From NCBI RefSeq assembly GCF_001306135.1, contig NZ_LGKP01000040.1, forward strand, positions 152,726 through 216,725: a stretch of DNA of 64,000 nucleotides. Reading direction: 5' to 3'. Positions within the stretch are counted from its first letter, which is position 1; each line of letters begins with the position of its first letter. The translations under genes were made by a program, and so were the position numbers. The notes below the pieces were generated by a model. The model ran no database searches. It saw only the letters and a list, made by a program, of their open reading frames with translations, and had not been told where the DNA came from. Shown piece by piece: positions 1 to 9,430 of the stretch. This DNA comes from Herpetosiphon geysericola. GTDB taxonomy: Bacteria > Chloroflexota > Chloroflexia > Chloroflexales > Herpetosiphonaceae.

Positions 1-1
1 T

Positions 2-373
2 GATTTTTCATTCAATCTAGATAATTGGATTTTCTTTATTAAAAATAAATTCCAATTAGAAGATAAAGTTATTAATGAAATGAGTGAAAAATTTTTATAT
101 ATTTATAGAAAGGTTTCAATTTTAGACGTTGATAAAATTCAATGGATTTGTCATGGTCATATAGGTTTACAATTCTTATGGGATACATTTAGTAAATGTG
201 TTTATAGTATTACAAATGGATTATCTGAAGATAAAAGGCAGAAAGCATTTCAGAATTCACGCAAATTTGATACTAATACTATATTTAGTATTGGTACAAT
301 TATCTGGTCTTATCGGTATCTTAATAATCAAGAAGTATTCTGTGACGATGTTGTCAATTTCTGCTTACAATAA
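2..373 (+). CDS. hypothetical protein, 5'-truncated at window edge (AT-rich moron)
   Basis: Reading frame is open from nt 2 (no stop before the ATG at 80) to the stop at 371-373. GC is very low relative to the neighbouring phage DNA. The translation contains scattered C/H residues (WICHGH...C...C..C). No recognisable domain. Confidence 0.4.
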   Translation, partial: DFSFNLDNWIFFIKNKFQLEDKVINEMSEKFLYIYRKVSILDVDKIQWICHGHIGLQFLWDTFSKCVYSITNGLSEDKRQKAFQNSRKFDTNTIFSIGTIIWSYRYLNNQEVFCDDVVNFCLQ

Positions 374-409
374 CTATCTAAACTAATATATACTTATCAA
401 TAGAGCTAC

Positions 410-439
410 TTGACAATCGCTCATGACTACTGGTATAGT
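410..439 (+). promoter_or_regulatory. sigma70-type promoter (TTGACA, 18-bp spacer, extended -10 TGgTATAGT), candidate phage late promoter
   Basis: TTGACA at 410-415. TG at 431-432 followed by TATAGT at 434-439. Lies directly upstream of the lysis/packaging operon. Confidence 0.4.
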
Positions 440-463
440 ATTCGTACCGTAAGGACGGATGAC

Positions 464-503
464 CGCCTACGATGTGTGCAACACATCGGGGCGTTTTTTA
501 TTT
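464..503 (+). terminator. intrinsic terminator hairpin plus T-run immediately downstream of the promoter
   Basis: Stem GATGTGT / ACACATC with loop GCA (471-487). Outer pairs CGCC/GGCG. Followed by TTTTTTATTT (497-506). Confidence 0.5.
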
Positions 504-521
504 CCCCACTGAGGAGGGGAT

Positions 522-896
522 ATGCTTCCAGAGACGCTACGCACCATCTATGGCGATCCGGATGCGGATGCAACGGAATTTGGCACCAAGTACTTTGTCT
601 GGGGAACACCGCTCGACACCAATCCAGCAACACCCAGCACACCCACGCAGCGGCGGCTCTGCGGCGCACGCTTCACCTATCGGATTCGCCCAGGCGAAAG
701 CAATCATGAATTTGAAGCCCGAATCGATGCCGTAGCGTTGAAATTCCTGAGCGGCAGCGGGACGCTGTACATCGAAGGCGAGATGACCTTTAGTCGCCAT
801 CGCTATACCGAAGCAGCCCTGATGCTCTATCATCCGCCCATTGTTGCGCCGATCGAGGTGCCAAAAATGCTCCGTCGTCCATCCGCTGCGGCCTGA
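522..896 (+). CDS. hypothetical phage protein
   Basis: RBS GAGGAGGGGA precedes the ATG at 522. GC-rich codon usage like the structural genes. Followed by a terminator. Confidence 0.5.
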   Translation: MLPETLRTIYGDPDADATEFGTKYFVWGTPLDTNPATPSTPTQRRLCGARFTYRIRPGESNHEFEARIDAVALKFLSGSGTLYIEGEMTFSRHRYTEAALMLYHPPIVAPIEVPKMLRRPSAAA

Positions 897-948
897 AGCG
901 CCTCAGTCGGAACAATAGAATCATATGGATAGTCAGTAGTTACGAGAC

Positions 949-991
949 GCGGCTATCAACCCTCACCTGAGGGTTGGTGGCCGCTTTTTTT
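949..991 (+). terminator. intrinsic terminator
   Basis: Perfect hairpin CAACCCTCA cc TGAGGGTTG with outer GCGGC/GCCGC pairs, followed by TTTTTTT (985-991). Confidence 0.6.
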
Positions 992-1013
992 ATGCCCGTT
1001 GGAGGAATCACCC

Positions 1014-1376
1014 ATGACCGAAGGAGACTTGCTCAAACTCTATGGCCCCAGCCTCTTTTTGGTGGGGTGGTTCCTCTACCGCGAAGTCTGGCCATTACTC
1101 AAAGAACGGCTGCGCCCCGACCTCGTGGCCCAACGCCGCAAGGCCGAAGCCCAAGCCGAAGCCAAGGTCTTGACCGCCTTTATCGACAACACCGTCGCCA
1201 TGACCGGGCTGAAGCACACCTTGGAAGTCGTGTCGGATGAAATGAGTCGCCTGCGCGCAGGCCAAGAAGTCCATACCCAGTTGTTAGCCGAGCTGTTTGG
1301 CTTTTTACGTCATCCACGCCCAAGTCCGAAACCCAGTACCCAACGCCAACCTAGCAAAAAAGGAGAGACCGTATGA
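1014..1376 (+). CDS. small membrane protein, holin-like candidate (lysis cassette)
   Basis: RBS GGAGGA 8 nt upstream of the ATG at 1014. One N-terminal hydrophobic helix (LFLVGWFLY). Immediately precedes the endolysin. Confidence 0.45.
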   Translation: MTEGDLLKLYGPSLFLVGWFLYREVWPLLKERLRPDLVAQRRKAEAQAEAKVLTAFIDNTVAMTGLKHTLEVVSDEMSRLRAGQEVHTQLLAELFGFLRHPRPSPKPSTQRQPSKKGETV

Positions 1377-1741
1377 CCACCGCTGTTTCACCATCCCTCG
1401 TGACCACTCTCGTGCAGCTGCTCCTCGCCGTGCTCGTCCCGCTGGCGCTCGCCGTCGCCGCGCGGATCGGTCGCCGCATTGCCCGCGCGCTCGAAGATAA
1501 AGCCACGGCCCTGCTCAGTCACGAAGAGCGTGACACGCTCTATGGGGCAATTAAGGTTGGCTTGCGGGTAGCCCAAAGCTATGGCATTACGCCCGAGGGC
1601 GTGCGCCACCAGATCGAAGAAAAGGGTGTGGATGCGGCACGCCGCTACTTAGGCGAGCTGGGCCTGCGCTTTGATCCAAAGTTTCTCGTTGACTTGTTGC
1701 ATGCCGAATATCAGAAGCAATTTGGAGCACCCACCTCATGA
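1373..1741 (+). CDS. small membrane protein, holin/antiholin-like candidate
   Basis: RBS AAAGGAGAG. N-terminal TM segment LVTTLVQLLLAVLVPLALAVAA. Start overlaps the previous stop and the gene ends overlapping the endolysin start. Confidence 0.45.
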   Translation: MTTAVSPSLVTTLVQLLLAVLVPLALAVAARIGRRIARALEDKATALLSHEERDTLYGAIKVGLRVAQSYGITPEGVRHQIEEKGVDAARRYLGELGLRFDPKFLVDLLHAEYQKQFGAPTS

Positions 1742-2490
1742 CCTTCGTGATCGATTTGCGCTGGCGGAAGCATTATCGCCCAATTGGAACGGGCTGGGAC
1801 TATCGTCCGAAAGGCATCAAGCCCAGTTCCGTCGTGATTCACACGACCAATGGCAATCGCGGCAGCAGCTTTGACGGCGAAGCCGACTACTTGGAAACCA
1901 GTAGCGGCGTGGGTGCGCACTATCTGGTTGGCCAACGCGGCCAGATTGCTGAGATTCTGCCGCCGATCTATCGGGCCTGGCATGCGGGAGCGGCGAAGGA
2001 TGACTGGATCAACAGTCGCTCGATTGGAATCGAATGCCATCATGCGGTCGGCGAAGCATGGACACCGGAACAACGCGCCGCGCTCGCGTGGCTTTGCCAA
2101 CGCCTGATGGCTGACTGGTCGATCGTGCTTGGCGCGATTGAAACCCATCGCTTTGTCGCCCTCCCTGCCGGACGCAAGCCCGATCCGTCCGACTGGACTG
2201 ATCGCAGCTTCTATGCCTGGCGTGATAGCCTCATCGATCCGGTGCAACCAGCCGGAACCTATCCGGTGGCCCTAGAACTCAAGGTGGCATGGCAAACCAG
2301 TGGTGGGCTGTGGCATCCCTCGCAGTTCGCACCCGGCTATGCGTTGACTCCCTTCTTTCGCCATCCCGATGGCCAGCAGTATCAACTCTTCGAGCGCAGC
2401 GGCGCACGCTTTACGGCGCAGGGCACGATCGAATGGTTGTTTACCGAGGAAGTGGAACGCTTTAAACAGTGGTGGCGAACCCACCCATAA
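1738..2490 (+). CDS. endolysin, N-acetylmuramoyl-L-alanine amidase (Amidase_2/PGRP fold)
   Basis: The region VVIHTTNG...HYLVGQRGQIAEILPPIYRAWHAG...SIGIECHHA...ETHRFV has the Zn-ligand and catalytic pattern of T7-lysozyme-like amidases. Confidence 0.85.
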   Translation: MTFVIDLRWRKHYRPIGTGWDYRPKGIKPSSVVIHTTNGNRGSSFDGEADYLETSSGVGAHYLVGQRGQIAEILPPIYRAWHAGAAKDDWINSRSIGIECHHAVGEAWTPEQRAALAWLCQRLMADWSIVLGAIETHRFVALPAGRKPDPSDWTDRSFYAWRDSLIDPVQPAGTYPVALELKVAWQTSGGLWHPSQFAPGYALTPFFRHPDGQQYQLFERSGARFTAQGTIEWLFTEEVERFKQWWRTHP

Positions 2491-2599
2491 TGTCGCTTTG
2501 GCGACGATCAGCGGCGGTGCGGCTGCGCCGTGGGCGGGGCTAGAGCAGCAACTTGGCTGTGTTCCCCCGCCCCACCGCATCATTTTTCAAGGAGTGTTC

Positions 2600-2902
2600 A
2601 TGCCACGTCGCCTTCCAGCTGACCAACTCACGCTGTTTTGGCAGGCCTACGATGCCAGTGGCAATGCAAGTGCAGCGGGGCGCATTGCGGGCCTGAGCAA
2701 AGATCAAGCCCATCGCCTGCTCAAAAAACGGGGTGAGCGCCCCATGGCCACGGTCACGCGCGCGCAGCTCGAAGCGGTGCTTCAACAGGTCGACACACTC
2801 GCGACCGATGTGCAGACCGTCCGCCAACGGCTGCTGCGGTTGGTGGCCCTCGTGCCCGCAGCACCACTATCAGGTCACACATCCAATACATCGAATCACT
2901 AA
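2600..2902 (+). CDS. hypothetical DNA-binding protein (possible small terminase or regulator)
   Basis: RBS AAGGAG before the ATG at 2600. Predicted helix-turn-helix-like segment (AGRIAGLSKDQAHRLLKK). Confidence 0.45.
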   Translation: MPRRLPADQLTLFWQAYDASGNASAAGRIAGLSKDQAHRLLKKRGERPMATVTRAQLEAVLQQVDTLATDVQTVRQRLLRLVALVPAAPLSGHTSNTSNH

Positions 2903-2943
2903 CGCATCATTTCGAATCAATTTCGGATCACCCTGAGGCTGCC

Positions 2944-3471
2944 ATGGGACGCAAAAGCACGATTACCGATGACCTTGCCAACCAGCTGCTCGCCGCTGCC
3001 AAAGCGGGATCAAGCCAACGCCAAATCGCGCGGGACTTCGGCTTATCGGTCAGTACCGTGCAGCGTTTTTTCGAATCACTGCCGACGGCAACCGCGCCGA
3101 CGCTCGTGCAGCATGCGGCGGTCGTCGAGCGGGCTGGCTCATCGCTCTGGGATAGTCGCTCAGCATTAAGTGAGAACTACCAACGGGTGCTCGATCTGGT
3201 GAGCAAGCTTGACGCGGGGATTGTCGAAGTCGATGGCGAGTACACCAGTCGCACGCCCATTGCCGTGCATGTCGCGGCGCTGCGGGAAGTGCGCGAGCAC
3301 ATCAAAACCAGCCTGGCCATTCTCAAGTTATTGATCGATGTCGACGAAGTACGGCGGTTTCAGCAAGCAGTGATCGATGCCATTGGAGAGGCGGATGAAT
3401 CGACCAAACAACGCATCCTTGCCATCCTCCAGGCGCGACACGCTCTGGAATTCACTCTTTTCCGATCTTAG
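2944..3471 (+). CDS. terminase small subunit-like HTH protein
   Basis: N-terminal HTH (SQRQIARDFGLSVSTVQRF). Position immediately upstream of the large terminase. Confidence 0.5.
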   Translation: MGRKSTITDDLANQLLAAAKAGSSQRQIARDFGLSVSTVQRFFESLPTATAPTLVQHAAVVERAGSSLWDSRSALSENYQRVLDLVSKLDAGIVEVDGEYTSRTPIAVHVAALREVREHIKTSLAILKLLIDVDEVRRFQQAVIDAIGEADESTKQRILAILQARHALEFTLFRS

Positions 3472-4915
3472 TCTGGCCTTTGGCGGCAAACGCACCGTCT
3501 TGCCCTATGCCCATGATCCCGTGGCCTATGCCCGCGAGGTGTTAGGGGAAGTCTGGTGGACAAAGCAGGAACTGATCGCGCGGTCGTTGCTCACGCCGCC
3601 GTATCGCACGTTGGTCAAAGCCTGCCATAAGGTTGGCAAAACCCACCTCGGTGGTGGCTTAGTCAACTGGTGGTACGACAGTTTTGATCCCGGGCTGGTG
3701 CTCACCACCGCGCCCACCGATCGCCAAGTGCGTGACCTGCTCTGGAAAGAAGTGCGGATGCAGCGGCGCGGACGATCGGGCTTTACCGGACCCAAGTCGC
3801 CGCGTTTGGAAAGTAGCCCTGATCACTTTGCCTATGGCTTCACGGCCAAAGATGGCGATTCGTTTCAAGGCCATCACTCGCCGCATACGCTGTTCATCTT
3901 TGACGAAGCCGTTGGCGTGGCCAGTGTATTTTGGGAAACCGCCGAATCGATGTTCAACGAAGGCGGCGCATGGCTGGCGATTTTCAATCCGACCGACACC
4001 AGCTCGCAAGCCTATGCTGAGGAATTGAGTGGCGGCTGGCATGTCATTTCGATGAGCGTGCTGGAACATCCCAACATTCTGGCCGAATTGCAGGGCTTCC
4101 CGCCGCCGTTTCCCTCGGCGATTCGCCTGAGCCGCGTCGATACCTTGCTCAAGAAGTGGTGTCGGGCACTCAGTCCCGAAGAGCCAAAACGGGCCACGGA
4201 TATTTTATGGCGCGATGCCTGGTATCGCCCTGGACCGATCGCCGAAGCGCGGCTCTTGGGGCGCTGGCCATCGCAGGCCACAAACAATGTCTGGAGTGAT
4301 GGCGCGTTTCAGGTAGCGGAAAGCCTGATCTTGCCCACCAATGACGAGCCATGCGAACTGGGCTGTGATGTGGCCCGCTATGGCGATGACTATACCGAGA
4401 TTCATGTGCGCCGTGGTGGCCACAGTCTCTATCACGAAGCAGCCAATGGCTGGAGTACGGTCGAAACCGCTGGCCGCTTGAAACAGTTGGCCAACGAATA
4501 TGGACGGCTATGTGGGGTCGATGGACGCGCCATCGCGGTCAAAATCGACGATGACGGCATCGGCGGCGGCGTGGTCGATCTCGCCGACGGCTACACCTTC
4601 CTTGGGGTAAGTGGGGCACGCACGGCCTACGATCCCGAGAAGTATCCGAATCGCCGGAGCGAGTTGTGGTTCAGCGTGGCCGATCGGGCCATGGAGCAGC
4701 GCCTCAGTTTCGTCGCACTTGATGCGGAGACGCGCCGCGAGTTACGGCGCCAAGCGATGGCTCCCACGTGGAAGCAGGATAGTCAGGGACGGCGGGTCGT
4801 CGAGCCAAAAGCCGATACAAAGAAACGGATTAAGCGCAGTCCCGATGGCATGGATGCCGTCAATCTGGCCTATGCACCAGCACCGATTGTCAGTTTTGGC
4901 CCAACGTTATGGTAA
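3395..4915 (+). CDS. terminase large subunit
   Basis: Walker A-like KACHKVGKTH. Walker B LFIFDEA. C-terminal nuclease-like acidic residues. Start is ambiguous (ORF open from 3377, overlaps the previous gene). Confidence 0.8.
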   Translation: MNRPNNASLPSSRRDTLWNSLFSDLSLAFGGKRTVLPYAHDPVAYAREVLGEVWWTKQELIARSLLTPPYRTLVKACHKVGKTHLGGGLVNWWYDSFDPGLVLTTAPTDRQVRDLLWKEVRMQRRGRSGFTGPKSPRLESSPDHFAYGFTAKDGDSFQGHHSPHTLFIFDEAVGVASVFWETAESMFNEGGAWLAIFNPTDTSSQAYAEELSGGWHVISMSVLEHPNILAELQGFPPPFPSAIRLSRVDTLLKKWCRALSPEEPKRATDILWRDAWYRPGPIAEARLLGRWPSQATNNVWSDGAFQVAESLILPTNDEPCELGCDVARYGDDYTEIHVRRGGHSLYHEAANGWSTVETAGRLKQLANEYGRLCGVDGRAIAVKIDDDGIGGGVVDLADGYTFLGVSGARTAYDPEKYPNRRSELWFSVADRAMEQRLSFVALDAETRRELRRQAMAPTWKQDSQGRRVVEPKADTKKRIKRSPDGMDAVNLAYAPAPIVSFGPTLW

Positions 4916-4934
4916 GAAAGCAGCAGGAACGGGT

Positions 4935-6302
4935 ATGTTTCCACCAACCGCCACCAGTAGCATCATTAGCCAGCATCTGCATGGGCAGCGTTTGGCGGAT
5001 GATTTTCAGCGCCTCCAGCAGTTTCGCGCGGCGTGGGAAGCCTATCGCAAACAGGATACCCCACCGCTGCCGATTGAAGCGGGGCGGCCCAACGACAACG
5101 TGCGGGTCAACCTGATTAAGCTGATTGTCCAAACCTCGGTCTCGTTCTTGTTTGGCGATCAGGTTGCCTTTACCGTGCCGGATGCCCAGCCGGATGATGC
5201 CCGTATCCAGTATCTTGAGCGTGTTTGGACTGCCGCGAAAAAGATGACCTGGCTCTATAAGCAAGGCATCAATGGCTGCTTATGCGGCCACATCTTTGCC
5301 CGCATCTACCCCGATCAGCCCACTCCACGCATTGTGATTCTCGATCCGGCGACCGTGACCGTGCGCTGGGCGGCGGACGATCTGGATCGGGTGGAATGCT
5401 ACCTGATTGACTACACCGCCTACGAATGGCAGGGCAACCGCGAAGTGCTGGTCAGCATTCGCCAACGCATCGAGCGCACCGACACCGACTGGCGCATTCT
5501 TGACCAACGGAGTCAGCCGGATAAGCAGGCCTTTGATACCCTGCATGAAGCGCCATGGCCCTATCCCTTCCCGCCGATCGTCGATAGCCAGAACCTCGCC
5601 GCCCCGAATGAATACTGGGGTGAGGCGGATATCACGCCTGACCTGATTGCCCTGGTCAATGCCGGTGATTTCACCTTATCCAACCAACAACGGATTGTGC
5701 GCTTCTATGCCCAGCCGCTCACCGTGGCCAAGGGCATGGACCCCGCCCAACTCAAGCATGGGCGTGACCGCACGGTCTTCATTCCAGCGAATGCCGATTT
5801 AGGCATTGTCGAGATGCAAAGCGAGTTAGCGGGCAGCCTTGAGCATCATAGCCGAATCAAAAGCAGTATTCACGAGGTGGCCCAAACGCCCGAGATTGCC
5901 ACCGGCAAGGTCGATGATTTGGGCAATCTGAGTGGCTTAGCCTTGAACATCCTCTATGGCCCCTTGCTGCAAAAGACCGTGCAAAAGCGCATGCTCTATG
6001 GCGATTTCCTGAGCGAACTCAATCGTCGCCTACTGATCATTGGTGGGTTTGCTGAGACCACCACCACCGTGGTATGGGATTCCATGCTGCCAACCGACCC
6101 ACAGGCCGAACGCGCCGTTGCGCAGGCCGATCGTGCGCTCGGCGTGAGTGAGGCCACAATCTTGACCCAGCTCGGCTATGACCCCGCCCATGAACGTGAA
6201 CAACGCCAGGCCGAAACGCCAGCGGACAACGACCCAATAACAAACCAAGGAGATGATGATGCGACGAATCCTGATTCCGAATCGCCTGCTGAACGCGGAT
6301 GA
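4935..6302 (+). CDS. portal protein
   Basis: Size and position after terminase. In-frame ATG at 4935 with GGAACGGG upstream. Acidic C-terminus. Confidence 0.65.
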   Translation: MFPPTATSSIISQHLHGQRLADDFQRLQQFRAAWEAYRKQDTPPLPIEAGRPNDNVRVNLIKLIVQTSVSFLFGDQVAFTVPDAQPDDARIQYLERVWTAAKKMTWLYKQGINGCLCGHIFARIYPDQPTPRIVILDPATVTVRWAADDLDRVECYLIDYTAYEWQGNREVLVSIRQRIERTDTDWRILDQRSQPDKQAFDTLHEAPWPYPFPPIVDSQNLAAPNEYWGEADITPDLIALVNAGDFTLSNQQRIVRFYAQPLTVAKGMDPAQLKHGRDRTVFIPANADLGIVEMQSELAGSLEHHSRIKSSIHEVAQTPEIATGKVDDLGNLSGLALNILYGPLLQKTVQKRMLYGDFLSELNRRLLIIGGFAETTTTVVWDSMLPTDPQAERAVAQADRALGVSEATILTQLGYDPAHEREQRQAETPADNDPITNQGDDDATNPDSESPAERG

Positions 6303-6840
6303 TGGCGGCGGCGATGGTGGTGATCCCACACCACCCGCTGCACCGCCAAGTCCCGCGCCAGCACCAGCACCGGTGCCTGCTCCAGCGCCCCAACCTGCCG
6401 CTGCACCCGCGCCGGTTGCACCGCCGGCTGCGGATACCGGGGTCGCAACCCTGCAAGCGCGCTTGGCCACGTTGGAAACACAACTCGAAGCCGACCGCGC
6501 GGCGTTGCGCACCGAGCGCGGCGCACGCCTGATTGAGCAAACCGCTGCGGCCCATGGGCTGGATTCTGAGTTATTAGCTCGCCTCGTTAAGGTGGAATTT
6601 GATGAGCATGGCCAACCGAAACCGCTTGATACGGCGATCGCCAGATTGCTCACAACCTATCCCTACTTGGCCAAGCAATCAGGCCCGGGTGGCGCGGCGG
6701 CACCAGCATCGATAGGAACCAGTCCCGCCAATCCGGCGCGGCCACCGGCGTTGACCAAGGCCGCGATTGAACGCATGACTCCTGAACAAATCAATACCAA
6801 CTGGGAGGCGATTCAAGCCTTCTTAGCCCGCCAAAGCTAG
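6253..6840 (+). CDS. capsid scaffolding protein
   Basis: RBS AAGGAG. Pro/Ala-rich linker followed by a coiled-coil (LQARLATLETQLEADRAALRTERGARLIEQ). Located between portal and major capsid. Confidence 0.6.
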   Translation: MMMRRILIPNRLLNADDGGGDGGDPTPPAAPPSPAPAPAPVPAPAPQPAAAPAPVAPPAADTGVATLQARLATLETQLEADRAALRTERGARLIEQTAAAHGLDSELLARLVKVEFDEHGQPKPLDTAIARLLTTYPYLAKQSGPGGAAAPASIGTSPANPARPPALTKAAIERMTPEQINTNWEAIQAFLARQS

Positions 6841-6879
6841 GCACGAACTGCACGCACTGCGTGCCAGAAAGGAATCAGT

Positions 6880-7731
6880 ATGGCCCTGAGTAATTTCATT
6901 CCTGTCGTCTGGAGTGCGCGGATTCTCTCAAATCTGCATCGCGCCCATGTGTATGGGCAAGCAGGCGTGGTCAATCGCGATTATGAAGGCGAGATTCGCG
7001 ATGTCGGTGATACCGTCAAGATCAATAGCATTGGCCCGGTCACGATCGGGAATTACACCAAGAATACCAATATTGGTGATCCCGAAACCTTGACCGATGC
7101 CCAAATGACTTTGCTGATCAACCAAGCCAAATACTTCAACTTCCAAGTCGACGATATCGATCGTGCGCAACAAAAGCCCAGTGTGATGGATGAAGCCATG
7201 AAGGAAGCCAGCTATGGCTTGCGCGATGTCAGCGATACCTTCATCGCCTCGCTGTATACCGGCGTGGCCGCTGGCAATGTGATTGGCAATGACACCACCC
7301 CGGTCACACCCACCAGTGCTAATGCCTATGATTATCTGGTCGATTTGGGCACGCTGCTCGATGAAGCCAATGTCCCAACCGAAGGCCGCTGGTCGATTGT
7401 CCCGCCATGGTTTCACGGCTTATTGCTTAAAGATGATCGCTTCGTCGGTGTTGGCTCGGCGAGCAGCGATCAGGTGTTGCGCAATGGCGAAATTGGCACC
7501 GCAGCGGGCTTTCGCGTGTTGAAGTCGAATAGTGTGCCCAACGTGGCCGGAGCCAAATACAAGATTATGGCCGGTCACCCGATGGCCATCTCGTTTGCCG
7601 AACAAATCGTCAAGGTCGAAGGCTATCGCCCAGAAAAGCGGTTTGCCGATGCCGTGAAGGGTTTGCATGTCTATGGGGCCAAGGTCGTGCGGCCCACTGC
7701 CTTCGCCGTCATGACCGCAAATCGCAGCTAG
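6880..7731 (+). CDS. major capsid protein
   Basis: RBS AAAGGAA. 283-aa protein immediately after the scaffold. Sequence character typical of HK97-fold coat proteins. Confidence 0.7.
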   Translation: MALSNFIPVVWSARILSNLHRAHVYGQAGVVNRDYEGEIRDVGDTVKINSIGPVTIGNYTKNTNIGDPETLTDAQMTLLINQAKYFNFQVDDIDRAQQKPSVMDEAMKEASYGLRDVSDTFIASLYTGVAAGNVIGNDTTPVTPTSANAYDYLVDLGTLLDEANVPTEGRWSIVPPWFHGLLLKDDRFVGVGSASSDQVLRNGEIGTAAGFRVLKSNSVPNVAGAKYKIMAGHPMAISFAEQIVKVEGYRPEKRFADAVKGLHVYGAKVVRPTAFAVMTANRS

Positions 7732-7764
7732 CTACGCGCACGTGCGCAGCCCAAGGGGGTTTGA

Positions 7765-7923
7765 ATGTGGGTCTTAAATACCGAAACTGGTGTGACTTGG
7801 GAAGTCGAAGGTGAACTGGCCGAGCGGCTCGCCGCCGATCCGGTCTATCGCGTCGTCGATGCGCCGATCGATCAGGCCGCTGCGGACGATGGGAAGCAGA
7901 CCAAGAAAGCTTCCACCAAATAA
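7765..7923 (+). CDS. small hypothetical protein (52 aa)
   Basis: Short ORF, not in the supplied track (<60 aa). RBS-like AAGGGGG upstream. Function unknown. Confidence 0.3.
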   Translation: MWVLNTETGVTWEVEGELAERLAADPVYRVVDAPIDQAAADDGKQTKKASTK

Positions 7924-7935
7924 GGATAGGCTGCC

Positions 7936-8523
7936 ATGCTGTATGTGAGCGTTGCTGAAGTTCAAGCCCAATTAGACGATGCACCCGCCGATCCCGACCT
8001 TATTGAACCCTACGTGGTGCGGGCCTCGGATATTGTGCGCTCGGCATTGCGGGCGTTGCTGCGTGATCCATCGTTTGAGTTTGTCCCGAATCCGGTCACC
8101 ACGATGCGCGTCGTGACCGGCCTCCCATTGCCCACCTTGACGCTCGAGGCGCATGTCATTGGCAGTATTAGCCTGATCGAGCAACGACTCCATGGGGCAT
8201 GGCAGCCACTGCCCGTTGCTGCATGGCTCGAAGATGCACGCGGCATGCTGCACGCGGAATCCGTGTGGGATGGCTACTGGGCCATCAGTTGGACCGATCA
8301 TGCACTCTATCGCATTACCGCAATCTGGGGCTATGGCGATGTTCCGCCAGCGGTGGCCGATGTGGCGCTGCAGCTAACAATTAATCTCTATCGCTCGCGC
8401 TCGACCGGCGGCATGATCGACAGCGTTGGGGTGCAGGGGCTGGGCATGACCCGCGTGGTTGCCGGCCTGACCAAGCAACAACTGGCGATTCTGGAGAGTG
8501 TGGTTGCCCCATGGCGAGCCTAA
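7936..8523 (+). CDS. head-tail connector/adaptor protein
   Basis: Size and position in the gene order after the capsid gene. Confidence 0.55.
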   Translation: MLYVSVAEVQAQLDDAPADPDLIEPYVVRASDIVRSALRALLRDPSFEFVPNPVTTMRVVTGLPLPTLTLEAHVIGSISLIEQRLHGAWQPLPVAAWLEDARGMLHAESVWDGYWAISWTDHALYRITAIWGYGDVPPAVADVALQLTINLYRSRSTGGMIDSVGVQGLGMTRVVAGLTKQQLAILESVVAPWRA

Positions 8524-8984
8524 GAACCGTCGCCATGGCCCTCCAGCGCGGCGTGCCATCGGTTTGGCGCGCCGAAGTGTTGCAACGGGTGGTGCTCACG
8601 GTCAAAAGCGCGATCGAGCAGGCGACTCCCATCAAGGATGGACATCTCAAGGCTAATACGCGCCACGAGATTCTGACCACCGGGGTCAAGGGCCGGATTT
8701 ACAACCGCACGCCCTATGCCGTGTTTGTCCACGAGGGCACCAAGCCGCACGTGATTTTGCCCAAATTCACCTCGCGCGATGCCGCACGCACGATCGGGGG
8801 CGGCGCGGCGCTGCTGGCTTTTCAGATTGGCGGGCGCTGGGTGCGCACCCCCATGGTTCGCCACCCCGGCACACGGGCCAACCCGTTCATGCGGCGCGGT
8901 TTGACGGAGGCACGGCCCAGTTTGTCCTTGCTGTTGAAGCTCGCCGCTGCCGACTTAATAAGCGAGTTACGAGGTCACGCATGA
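8511..8984 (+). CDS. HK97 gp10-like head-tail joining protein
   Basis: VFVHEGTKPH motif and an about 157-aa size are typical of the HK97 gp10 family. Confidence 0.55.
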   Translation: MASLRTVAMALQRGVPSVWRAEVLQRVVLTVKSAIEQATPIKDGHLKANTRHEILTTGVKGRIYNRTPYAVFVHEGTKPHVILPKFTSRDAARTIGGGAALLAFQIGGRWVRTPMVRHPGTRANPFMRRGLTEARPSLSLLLKLAAADLISELRGHA

Positions 8985-9430
8985 CGATCACCTATCAAGC
9001 CATTATTGACCAGCTGCACCAGCGCTTTGCTACCCTGCCAAGTTTAGTGCGCCTGAATGCCAGTGGCCAGAATGTCGCGTTGTTGACTGAGGAACCCAAG
9101 ACGATCAGCCAGTGCCCAACGCTCTACAGTTTGCTCGAGCACGTGACCTATGCGCCAAGCACCCCCGTGACGATCAGCGATGTCGTGATTCTCTCGCGAC
9201 TGGTGGTTGCTGATGCAGGCAGCGATCGCTGTGAAGCAGCCTTGATGCCCTATGTCTTTGACCTGCCTGCCACCATCAACGGTTCATCCGAAGGGCGGCG
9301 CTTGGGCAACTGGAGTGCCATGCGGCGGGGGATAGCGACCGTCGAACGGGCGGAAGCGGTATGGGTGGCGATTGGGGGTAAGCAGCTCTATCGTGCCCTC
9401 GATGTGTATACAAGGATTACTCTGCAATGA
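8981..9430 (+). CDS. tail completion/neck protein (hypothetical)
   Basis: Position only. Starts and ends overlap its neighbours (translational coupling). Confidence 0.4.
   Translation: MTITYQAIIDQLHQRFATLPSLVRLNASGQNVALLTEEPKTISQCPTLYSLLEHVTYAPSTPVTISDVVILSRLVVADAGSDRCEAALMPYVFDLPATINGSSEGRRLGNWSAMRRGIATVERAEAVWVAIGGKQLYRALDVYTRITLQ

Noticed and set aside
2-373. Possibility that the AT-rich ORF upstream of the late promoter is a lambda-Q-like antiterminator (contains C/H residues)
   Set aside because: Composition is foreign to the phage, the ORF is 5' truncated, and no Q-type zinc-finger spacing is recognisable. Kept only as a hypothetical moron.
3377-3394. Terminase large subunit starting at 3377 as in the ORF track
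   Set aside because: That start would overlap the preceding gene by 95 nt. The first internal ATG (3395) was preferred, though the true start remains uncertain.
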